A DNA stretch of 44,495 nucleotides from an uncultured Gammaproteobacteria bacterium (GTDB lineage Bacteria; Patescibacteriota; Patescibacteriia; UBA9934; GWF2-40-263): contig CAYHRJ010000002.1 in NCBI GenBank assembly GCA_964359095.1, positions 1 to 44,495 on the forward strand, given 5' to 3'. The position numbers and the translations under genes were made by a program. Of the stretch, positions 35,272 to 44,100 are shown piece after piece; the first letter of the stretch is position 1; every line of letters begins with the position of its first letter. A model generated the notes under the pieces. That model was not told the DNA's origin. It did no database searches and saw nothing but the letters and a program-made list of their open reading frames with translations.

Positions 35272-36582
35272 ATGGGCTTCATTTTTCGAAAAATAACTTT
35301 GTTAGTTGGAGACTTTGTCTTGCTCTATTTTTCTCTGTGGCTGGCTCTCTTGATTGGCTTCTGGGGCAATGTTGACATCGCGCTTTTTCTTGAGCACGCC
35401 ATTCCTTTCTCTTTTCTCTATTTCGTTTGGCTTGTTATTTTTTACGTGATGGATCTCTATGACCTGTCTCTGCCGCCATCTTCTCCGTCGTTTCTCACGC
35501 GGTATGTTATTGCCTTAACCCTCTTGTTTCTCACAGGTGTCCTCTTTTTTTACTCGACCACGCTCACGGAGATCACTCCCAAGACCAACCTTCTCACACA
35601 CGTTGCCCTCTTTGGTTTTCTTGCCTATGTGTGGCGTGTGCTTTTTTTTGCGAGGATTTCCTCTCTCGTTCCTTGGCACATTGGTCTTCTGGAATTGGGA
35701 GAACATGGGATTGAGCTGCAGGAGTCTATTGGCTTGCTGAAACAGCATGGGTATGAGTGTGTCGTGTTGCTGTCTCAGGACAACTTATCTGACCAGATCA
35801 AACAACATGGTCTTCAAGTCGTAGTTCTTCCTCCGATGTTTCTTGTCAGTGGCGATCATCTACAAGGTCTGTACGCGTGCCTTGGAACAGGCGTAACGTT
35901 TCTCGATCTCTCTCAAGCCTATGAACTTTTTGCTCGCAGGATTCCGCTTACCACGATCGATCAGCAGTGGTTCATCAGGAATGTACAAGAACGAGATTCT
36001 GGGATTTCTCGTCGTATCAAACGACTGTTTGATATCGTTGTTGCCTCGCTTGTCCTCCTACTCACATTTCCTCTGTTGTTACTCGTGGCGCTAGCAATCA
36101 AGATTGATGGCGGAGAAGATATTTTTTATACGCAAGAGCGAATAGGAAAAAATCGTGTTCCATTTTTGATCAAGAAGTTTCGCACAATGCGAGTCGACGC
36201 GGAGGCTCACGGCGCTCAATGGGCGACGAAGGATGATCCTCGTGTCACGCGTGTTGGAAATTTTCTTCGCCGTTCGCATTTTGACGAGCTTCCGCAAATG
36301 ATCAACGTCTTGAAAGGGGAGTTGAGTCTTGTTGGTCCACGTCCTGAACGACCGATGTTTGTCGAAACGCTTGAGCGAGAAGTTCCACACTACCACGTGC
36401 GTCATTTTGTGAAGCCAGGTTTTACCGGTTGGGCACAAATAAAATTTCGCTATGCGCGTTCTGTGACAGACTCTCGGCGGAAATTTGAGTACGATCTTTA
36501 CTACATAAAAAATCGATCTTTGATTTTTGATTTTCTTATTCTCCTTAAAACAGCACAGCTTTTATTCAGGAGAGAGCAGTAA
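35272..36582 (+). CDS. Polyprenyl-phosphate glycosyl-1-phosphate transferase (WbaP/EPS priming sugar transferase family)
   Basis: Four N-terminal TM helices plus the bacterial sugar transferase domain [52 protein letters not shown]. Confidence 0.85.
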   Translation: MGFIFRKITLLVGDFVLLYFSLWLALLIGFWGNVDIALFLEHAIPFSFLYFVWLVIFYVMDLYDLSLPPSSPSFLTRYVIALTLLFLTGVLFFYSTTLTEITPKTNLLTHVALFGFLAYVWRVLFFARISSLVPWHIGLLELGEHGIELQESIGLLKQHGYECVVLLSQDNLSDQIKQHGLQVVVLPPMFLVSGDHLQGLYACLGTGVTFLDLSQAYELFARRIPLTTIDQQWFIRNVQERDSGISRRIKRLFDIVVASLVLLLTFPLLLLVALAIKIDGGEDIFYTQERIGKNRVPFLIKKFRTMRVDAEAHGAQWATKDDPRVTRVGNFLRRSHFDELPQMINVLKGELSLVGPRPERPMFVETLEREVPHYHVRHFVKPGFTGWAQIKFRYARSVTDSRRKFEYDLYYIKNRSLIFDFLILLKTAQLLFRREQ

Positions 36583-36628
36583 AAATTAGGCTGTGGATTA
36601 CTTTTTTTGGCAATGCTGGTGTGGTCAA

Positions 36629-36745
36629 AGAAGAAGTAGGAAGCAGGAATTTGGAAGTAGGAATGTGAGTTGAAATTCGAACTTCTAATTTTTTTGTATT
36701 CCTACTTCCTACTTCCTACTTCCAAATTCCTAATTCCATTTTTTT
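36629..36745 (+). terminator. Long hairpin built from inverted 7-nt tandem units, followed by a T run
   Basis: Left units are aagtagg/aagcagg/aatttgg/aagtagg; right units are cctactt x3/ccaaatt/cctaatt. There is a 19-bp perfect pairing of 36646-36664 with 36713-36731, then ccatttttttatttt. Confidence 0.6.
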
Positions 36746-36801
36746 ATTTTGAATTACGAACGATTTATACACAGGCACTTGTTTTTTCTCACAGCACTTA
36801 A

Positions 36802-36810
36802 TGTTATAAT
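36802..36810 (+). promoter_or_regulatory. Extended -10 promoter element TGtTATAAT
   Basis: Perfect TGnTATAAT at 36802-36810, 74 nt upstream of the ATG at 36884; no good -35. Confidence 0.4.
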
Positions 36811-36883
36811 TTTCTCGAACTTTTTTGATGGCATTGAGCGCCATCGATTTACTTTTACATTTAACCGCCCTAATTTTTTTCTT

Positions 36884-38635
36884 ATGAAGAAGATTGTCGT
36901 CCTCTTCCTCGGACTCTTGATGGGAATCGCGAACGTTGGTGTTTCACCGGCGCATGCTGGTACCACAGCCACGCTTTCGCTTTCTCCAACTAATACATCC
37001 GTGGAGACAGGGGACTCTTTTAGTTTAAGTGTGCTCGTCGACGCTAACGACGAATCGCTCGACACCGTGCGCGTCGATCTCAGTTTTGATCCAGATCTCG
37101 TCGAGATCACCTCGTTTGATCTTGGAAGCTTGTTTCCAAACTTGTCTCCATCGAACGACACAGACAACGATGCAGGGACTCTCAGCTACGGCGCGTACAA
37201 GTTCGGCACACCCGTGACGAGCTCTGGCACGCTTGCCACCGTTACGTTCCACGCTCTCTCAGAGGGGACAGCCACTATCGAAGTGGAAAGCACATCACGA
37301 TTGATTTCAGATGGTGAAGAAACCCTCGACACAGGTGACCTGGGTTCAGCCACGATTACTATTTCAGGTGAGGATGTTGCGTCTGAAGCGGTCGAAGAAG
37401 AAGAGGAAGAATCCGATGACTCAAGTAGTGGTGCAACCGAGAGTGACGAAGCAGCAGCTCTTGTCTACTTCGGTGCACTGTTTGGACGTCTTCCATCCAG
37501 TGATGACGATTGGGAAACCAATGACTGTATTGCTAATGATGGTTGCTATGACTCGGACAACCGCAATCTGACCTACGAAGTTGCTGCGCTTGCAAAGTTC
37601 AACAGCAAGTATGGAGCAAATCCATCCTCGTCCATGGACTGGCAGGCTGTACACGCTCTTGCCTATACCGCGGCTGGACAAGAATTGTTGGGTCTTGATG
37701 TGATTGCGGAAGCAGATGATGAGGAAGAGGTGGCGGAGGTGGATGAGGTAGAAGAGGTGGTTGAGGAAGAATCAGAAGCAAGTCTTGAGCAGCAAGCTCT
37801 CGTCTACTTTGGTGCGTTCTATGCCCGTATGCCTTCCTCAGATGACGACTGGTCGGCTCTGCACTGCATTGCCTACGGCGGATGCCAGGGAGATCCACGC
37901 GATGTCGCAGCTGAACAAGCAGCGCTCGTGATCTTCGGCGCCAAGTACGCAAAAATGCCTTCCACAGATATGGAATGGAACGTCATTCACACGCTTGCTT
38001 ACACAGACTTTTTAGATGAAGGCGATGAAGGAGAAGAGGTGGCGGAGGTGGAAGAGGTAGATGAGGTGGTTGAGGAAGAATCAGAAGCAAGTCTTGAGCA
38101 GCAAGCTCTCGTCTACTTCGGTGCGTTCTATGCTCGTATGCCTTCCTCAGATGATGACTGGTCCGCTCTGCACTGCATCGCTTACGGCGGATGCAAGGAA
38201 GATCCACAAGATGTCGCCGCAGAACAAGCCGCACTCGTGATATTCGGTGCCAAGTACGCAAAGATGCCATCGACCGACATGGAGTGGAACGTGATTCACA
38301 CACTTGCCTATACAGATTTCTTGGATGAGGGCGGCGAGGAAGAAGTTGTAGAAGAGGAGGTCGTTGAGGAAGAAGCGGCAGAAGAGACAGAGCTCACACT
38401 CGAGCAGCAGGCCATTGGCTGGTTTGGAACAATCACAGGACGCCTTCCATCTGAGGACGCTGACTGGGTCGCCATTGATTACATGGTGAACGGATACACC
38501 CCAAGCGAGGACGAGCGCGATCTAGAAGCAGAGTCCGCAGCCATCACGACGTACGTTGATGCATTCGGTGCTCTCCCAAGCTCTGATCAAGACTGGAATA
38601 TTGTTGCCGCGATTGCTTACTCAGGAGCCTTTTAA
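36884..38635 (+). CDS. Secreted cohesin-like domain protein carrying eight copies of an FG..P..DW repeat with poly-acidic linkers
   Basis: ATG at 36884 (MKKIVVLFLGLLMGIANVGVSPAHA signal peptide). The N-terminal module LSLSP..V..GDSFSLSVLVDANDESLDTVRVDLSFDPDLVEI is cohesin-like. It is followed by 4 pairs of 40-50-aa repeats. Confidence 0.6.
   Translation: MKKIVVLFLGLLMGIANVGVSPAHAGTTATLSLSPTNTSVETGDSFSLSVLVDANDESLDTVRVDLSFDPDLVEITSFDLGSLFPNLSPSNDTDNDAGTLSYGAYKFGTPVTSSGTLATVTFHALSEGTATIEVESTSRLISDGEETLDTGDLGSATITISGEDVASEAVEEEEEESDDSSSGATESDEAAALVYFGALFGRLPSSDDDWETNDCIANDGCYDSDNRNLTYEVAALAKFNSKYGANPSSSMDWQAVHALAYTAAGQELLGLDVIAEADDEEEVAEVDEVEEVVEEESEASLEQQALVYFGAFYARMPSSDDDWSALHCIAYGGCQGDPRDVAAEQAALVIFGAKYAKMPSTDMEWNVIHTLAYTDFLDEGDEGEEVAEVEEVDEVVEEESEASLEQQALVYFGAFYARMPSSDDDWSALHCIAYGGCKEDPQDVAAEQAALVIFGAKYAKMPSTDMEWNVIHTLAYTDFLDEGGEEEVVEEEVVEEEAAEETELTLEQQAIGWFGTITGRLPSEDADWVAIDYMVNGYTPSEDERDLEAESAAITTYVDAFGALPSSDQDWNIVAAIAYSGAF
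37715..38332 (+). repeat. Tandem duplication, 2 x 309 bp (103 aa), inside the cohesin-like gene
   Basis: gaagaggtggcggaggtgga.. at 37724 recurs at 38033. The two copies have the same length and differ mostly by synonymous changes plus a few replacements (QGDPRD vs KEDPQD and several acidic-linker residues). Confidence 0.85.
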
Positions 38636-38729
38636 GTAGGTAGATAAGGTAGAAGAGGTAGATATGGTGGATAAGGTAAGAAAACCACCTAATCCACCTA
38701 ATCCACCTACGCCACCTAATCCACCTATC
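38636..38729 (+). other. Intercistronic periodic inverted repeat: 5 x 9-nt purine-rich units abutting 5 x 9-nt pyrimidine-rich units
   Basis: ggtagataa ggtagaaga ggtagatat ggtggataa ggtaagaaa | accacctaa tccacctaa tccacctac gccacctaa tccacctat. It fills nearly the whole spacer between the stop (38635) and the next ATG (38734). Pairing is periodic (AGGT/ACCT blocks) and imperfect. Confidence 0.6.
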
Positions 38730-38733
38730 ACTT

Positions 38734-39609
38734 ATGCCATATAAAAAATTACCAGTCCTGCTCGTGGCGCTGAGTCTCGTGGCACTTCCATGGAGTGCGG
38801 GCGCGACGGTGTCCTCCACGAGTTATCAGATCAATCCTGAGCAAGGGTTCCTCTCACCATCGGCAGACGGAGGCGCCAACGCTGACGGCATGCTGAACTC
38901 CACAACCTACCAGCTTCAAGGAGCGATTGAACCTTATGCTGGTCGCGTTTCCAGCACCTCATATCAGGAAGACGGCGGAGGAGCGTTCCAGTTCTATTGT
39001 GGTGATGGATTTCGAGATTCTTCTGAAACGTGTGACGGCGCAGATTTGAACAGCGCGACCTGTGCCAGCCAAGGATTTGATACAGGAACTCTCACCTGTA
39101 GCTCAGCCTGTGCCTATGTGACCACTGCTTGTTCAACAGCGTCAGGTGGCGGCGGAGGAGGTGGCGGCGGTGGAGGTGGCGGAAGTGCGCCAGATGAACC
39201 AGAGGTTTCAGACGAGATCGCAACACTTGAATACTCTTACTCCACATCGTTCCTGCTTTACGGAAGCATGGATAGCGACACAGATGCGATCACCGTGAAC
39301 GATTCAGAAGATGACGTAGAACTCGTCGATGACGAAACATGGAATGCCCTCGTGTCACTTTCCTACGGGTTGAACAGTTTCGCGATCGTTGCAAGTGATG
39401 GCTCTAACGACTCAGACGAAACCGTCTACGAACTCTACCGAAGACTCATTGGCGACATCACAGGAAACGACACCGTTGATGACTACGACCTTTCCAAGCT
39501 CGTCGGAATCTGGGGTGATGATGATCGTTCAGGAGACTTCAACGAGGATGACATCGTGGACGACTACGACTTCTCCATGATGGTCGCACGTTGGGGAACA
39601 AGCGTTTAG
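38734..39609 (+). CDS. Secreted Cys-rich protein with a poly-Gly linker and a C-terminal dockerin-like domain
   Basis: Signal peptide; three S-T-S-Y-Q motifs; a CGDG..ETCDG..TC..C..C..C cysteine-rich repeat; a 13-Gly run. The C-terminal duplicated Ca-binding segments are DITGNDTVDDYDLSKLVGIWG and DFNEDDIVDDYDFSMMVARWG. Confidence 0.65.
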   Translation: MPYKKLPVLLVALSLVALPWSAGATVSSTSYQINPEQGFLSPSADGGANADGMLNSTTYQLQGAIEPYAGRVSSTSYQEDGGGAFQFYCGDGFRDSSETCDGADLNSATCASQGFDTGTLTCSSACAYVTTACSTASGGGGGGGGGGGGGSAPDEPEVSDEIATLEYSYSTSFLLYGSMDSDTDAITVNDSEDDVELVDDETWNALVSLSYGLNSFAIVASDGSNDSDETVYELYRRLIGDITGNDTVDDYDLSKLVGIWGDDDRSGDFNEDDIVDDYDFSMMVARWGTSV

Positions 39610-39618
39610 ATATTTTAA

Positions 39619-39689
39619 AGGTAGCCGTAGCCTTTAGGCTGCGTCCGGCGCGATTGCGTTGAATGCGCAGGCTGAAGCCTGCGGCTACC
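39619..39689 (+). other. GC-rich long imperfect hairpin between the dockerin gene and the second cohesin-like gene
   Basis: 39620-39643 pairs with 39666-39689 (20 Watson-Crick pairs, 2 G-U pairs and 2 mismatches by hand), including the perfect 8-bp stem ggtagccg/cggctacc. Confidence 0.6.
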
Positions 39690-39718
39690 GATTATTCTGG
39701 AGGGATTTGCCGCATCTT

Positions 39719-40948
39719 ATGAAACAATTCCTTTCTGTTGTCGTGATCGGGATGATGCTCTTCTTGCCTGGTATCTCTCAGGCCGCCGGAGCCGCATCGA
39801 TGAGTCTGGACCAAGCAAGTTACTCGGTTGAACGTGGAGAACAATTCGACGTCACGGTGAGCGTAAACCCAAACGGGGAAGCACTCGACACGGTACGTGC
39901 GGTTGTCACGTTTGATCCAACGCGTGTGCAAGTACGAAACGTCTCTCTTGTCGGAGCGTTTGATCGTGTGGCGCCAGGCAACTATTGGGACAACGAAACA
40001 GGAAAAGTTTCATGGGGAGCTTTCACTCTTGAGGGTCCCGTGGCCGCTGAATCCTCATTTATCACCATCACCTTTCTTGGCCTTCAAGAGGGAAGTGGTG
40101 AGATCGAGATTTCAGGCGACTCACGAGCGATCGCAAATGGTGAAGAGAAGATCGACACAGGGAACCTCGGCGCTGCCGAGGTGAATGTGACCGCATCGAG
40201 CACAGCAGAAGCTGGGACAGCACTTATCGTCATTGAGAGTGCGACCCACACAAACGATGTTGACTGGTACGCGGTCAACGACGTGGAGTTCACCTGGACA
40301 GCCTTACAAGGAGATAATGACATCACGGCTTACTACTACTCATTCGATGAGACTTCTGACAGTGAGCCTGCGTCGTATCTCGCCGCGACAACGACAGAAC
40401 TGTCCTTCAGTGATGTCGGTGATGGCGTGCACTATCTCCGAATAAAGGGAGTGCAAGCAAATGGAAAGCAGACCAGCGTTGTAAGCCGACGAGTGAATAT
40501 CGATACCACTGCCCCGCACGAAATCGAGCTTCTGGTGCAGGACAACAAAATCCTAGAAGGCGAATCAGCCTGGTTCACCTTTGCCACACTCGATGATGTA
40601 TCAGGTGTGCTCCAGTACCAGATCGCGATTAACGATAGTGGCTATCAAGTCCAGGAAAGCCCACTGGAAATGAGCGATCTGCCTGTGGGAACGTACTTCT
40701 TTCGAGTGGCCGCGATTGATCGAGCAGGGAACGCTTCGTACGGAAGCACCTCAGTTCGCGTGTACCCAGAAGGAACGGACTTGAGTCGCCCAGATGGATA
40801 CGATGAGGACGCAGAGATGACTGCTATCACACAGTCGGTCAGTGACGAGACGAACAATACAAAGAAGCTGTTGATAACTTTCATCTTGGGAGTGATCATC
40901 ATTCTTGGTATAATTTCCGCGAAGAAAAAAAGAAAAATTAAATCATAG
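39719..40948 (+). CDS. Membrane-anchored cohesin-like surface protein with Ig/FN3-like middle region
   Basis: ATG at 39719 (MKQFLSVVVIGMMLFLPGISQAAG signal peptide). The module SLDQASYSVERGEQFDVTVSVNPNGEALDTVRAVVTFDPTRVQV is collinear with the 36884 protein. The C-terminal TM helix LLITFILGVIIILGIISA is followed by KKKRKIKS. Confidence 0.6.
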   Translation: MKQFLSVVVIGMMLFLPGISQAAGAASMSLDQASYSVERGEQFDVTVSVNPNGEALDTVRAVVTFDPTRVQVRNVSLVGAFDRVAPGNYWDNETGKVSWGAFTLEGPVAAESSFITITFLGLQEGSGEIEISGDSRAIANGEEKIDTGNLGAAEVNVTASSTAEAGTALIVIESATHTNDVDWYAVNDVEFTWTALQGDNDITAYYYSFDETSDSEPASYLAATTTELSFSDVGDGVHYLRIKGVQANGKQTSVVSRRVNIDTTAPHEIELLVQDNKILEGESAWFTFATLDDVSGVLQYQIAINDSGYQVQESPLEMSDLPVGTYFFRVAAIDRAGNASYGSTSVRVYPEGTDLSRPDGYDEDAEMTAITQSVSDETNNTKKLLITFILGVIIILGIISAKKKRKIKS

Positions 40949-41118
40949 CATCCACATGGACTCAGGGATAGGCTCAGTGATTTGGTGGCGACGCGACAAT
41001 GCATAACTCTTGCATTGCGTTTCTGCATTTGAGAAACCGTGTGGTTTCGTCTCCAGAATCACTAAACAATTTTTGACCCATTTCATAAATTAAGTGCTTT
41101 TCTAAGCGCGACAAAAGT

Positions 41119-44100
41119 ATGCGAACCGCCAAACTCATACTGCACTCGATTGTCATGATCTCGATGGTGTTCTCCACCCTCGCGATCGCCCTCGTTGCAG
41201 CAACGTCCACTGCCCAAGCGCAGGTCCCGACATCGATCGGGTACAACGGACGCCTCTTTAATGCATCAGGTACAGCCCTCACGGGTACGTATTTTTTCTG
41301 GGTTGACCTGGAGAATACACTCACAGGCGGCACCGTCGTTACGGGAAACATCCAGGCACTGAACTTTCTTGCGACGCCTACCGCGTCGATTACCGTGACC
41401 AACGGTTTCTTCTCAGTGCAGATTCCACTGGGAGCAAGTCTTTCTGATTTTTCGGATAACCTTTTTCTCGAGTTGAAGGTGCACACGGCTGACGTGGTTG
41501 GAAGTGCTGAGACACTCTCTCCTCGCGTGGAGATCACCAAGACGCCTTACTCTATTTTCACCCAAGCGATTGAAGCAGCCGCAACAGCACCAACCGATGA
41601 CACATTTGACGGTCGCTTGTTCTACGATACAGCTGCTGACAAGATTCGATTTTACGATGGTGACACATGGAATTTTGTCGAAGGCATCACAGACACAGCA
41701 ACTCTCACTTTGGACAACGCAGCAGCCACAGCCGTGAATATCGGTGCTGGCGCGGTTGCGAAGACCGTTACGATCGGTAACGGCACAGGCGCAACATCTG
41801 TCGTGTTGAACGCTGGTACTGGTGCCTTGAACATTGGTACCAACGCCATTGCTCACACCGTAACGCTCGGTAACACAACAGGTGCAACAGCTGTTCAAGT
41901 AAACACCGGATCCGGTGGATTTGGCGTTGACGGTCCTGAATTTGATATCACCCCTGGCACAGGAGCCATCACGATTAACGATAGCGCCGATGCTGGTGCG
42001 CTGTTGGTTGAAGGATCCAATTTCGATATTAACTCCCTCGACTTCGTGGGAACTGGTGCTATTACCTCAGCAGCCACAACGGCACTGAGTCTCACCTCCG
42101 GTACAACCGGAGCAGTGTCAGTCGACTCAGGATCAACCGGCGCGGTGAACCTGGGAACTGGCGCAGCAGCAAAAACCATCACTCTCGGTAACGCAGCTTC
42201 CACAGAAGCCGAGGTGAACGCACTTCTCGTCGACATCAATGGCGGTACTGGCGGTGTCCTCATTGACGGCGGAGCAGCGTCAAACTTTACAACTTCCGTA
42301 GGAGCCCTCACGCTCTCAACGACTGCTGGCGGCACGTCCTCGAGTGTGATTTTGCGCTCAGTCGATACTTCTTCGGATGCGATTTTCTTGGATGCAGATG
42401 GAGCTGCTGGTGCGGGTATTACACTGGATGCATACGACGCCACATCCAACACGACGGGAGCCATCTTGATGGAGGGCGCTTATGTTCAGATTGATACCTT
42501 CAATTCCAATGGATTAAACTCTTCCGGATTTGATGTAAACGTTGGAGATTCCGGAACAATTTCATTGACTACTACCTCTGGAGCGGTCTCCTTAACCGCT
42601 GGTGGAGGTTCCAACGTTACACTTACAAGTGCTTCTGGAGGAGTCAGCTTTGACACACAAACCGCCGATCAAACGATCAGAGTTGGTACATCAAACGTTG
42701 ATAGAAACATTAACATTGGTACAACAACAGGTGCTGATACCATAACACTTGGAGATGCAACAGGTGCTGACACATTTAATTTTTTGAGTGGCGTAAGCAC
42801 AAGTGGCGATGTCGTCGATGTCACCTTTGCATCTTTGACTACAAACGACGCCTTTGACATCGATACAGCCGCGATCACAACCGGAGATGTATTTGACATC
42901 ACCTCAGGTACGGTTCGAACAAGTGGATCAGCCCTTCATATCACAGATGATTCTCTTGCCGCCGCGGTTACTGGGGATTTGATTCAGATTGATGTCGCAG
43001 GGTCAAAAGACACCAACACACTGGACATTGACGTATCCCATGCAACTCTCGTTGCTACAGGCAACGAACTTGACATCACCTACTCTGGCGCCGCTCACAC
43101 TGGCAACGCTGTGGACCTCAACATGGGAACCAACGTGGCTGGAGATGCGATCAATATCACCACGGCTACTACGAGCGGTCAGGCAATTCAGGTTGATGCT
43201 TCAGCAGCGCTCACAGCCGATCTGATTACGATTGCTTCGCTGCTTACGGGTGATACCGTTGGTGTTGATGCACTTTCAATTACCATGACAGCGAGCGATC
43301 AGACAAATCGAGTAAATGCATTGATAAATGGAACTATGACTGCGGCTGGAACAGCTGCCGGAGACATCGTAATCGGTTTGCTTCTTGATCACGCTGGGAC
43401 AACTGCGGGTACAGATGCCGCGATTGATATTGAGGGAACAACAGCTTGGGACGCAGATTTGAACCTTCAGAATGACCTGACGATGACTAATAGTGATGAC
43501 AATGACCTAACTCTTACAGAAAACTCTCTCTCTTTGAATCTTGATTTCGGTGAAGCGACAGCGAGCACCATCGAGGGATCTACGGCAAGCTCGCTCACGT
43601 TAACGTCCAGCAATGCCGCAGCCGACGCTCTACTCCTGCGTGCAACAGGTGGCACCTTAGCAACCGCTCACTTGACCTCAAACGGAACAGGAACCGCCTC
43701 TGTGGATATTGATGCCACAGGTGTAGGTGGAGACATCGACATTGATTCCGCTGATGCCATCACCATCGATGCCACGACATCCTTCTCCATTGACGGAACG
43801 GGTACTTCCTCAAACCTCACCCTGACTTCCAATGGCGCAGCTGACGATCTCACCATTGCTCTTGCAGGCGTCTTCAACTCCTCACTCATCCTCTCTTCCG
43901 CTGGTACTGATGCAGATGCCATGCAGATTACAACCACCGCTGGTGGTATGGATATCTCCGTCACAGGTGATCTCGCTGGTGAAGACTTGGACATCACAAC
44001 CGTTGGTGCAACAACAGAGATGCGACTCACGTCAGCCTCTACAACCGCTGACTCTATCGCCATCCAGGCAGTAACAACCACCGCTGGAATTGACATTGAC

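Noticed and set aside
36629-38729. CRISPR array as an explanation for the short-period repeats in the 36.6-kb and 38.6-kb spacers
   Set aside because: The units are only 7 or 9 nt long, directly abutting with no spacers, and arranged as inverted arrays. No cas genes are present in the window.
39145-39183. The 13-codon poly-Gly run in the dockerin protein as a slippage-prone microsatellite
   Set aside because: The codons are an irregular mix of ggt/ggc/gga, so the DNA is not a perfect repeat. It is more likely a flexible linker than a phase-variation tract.
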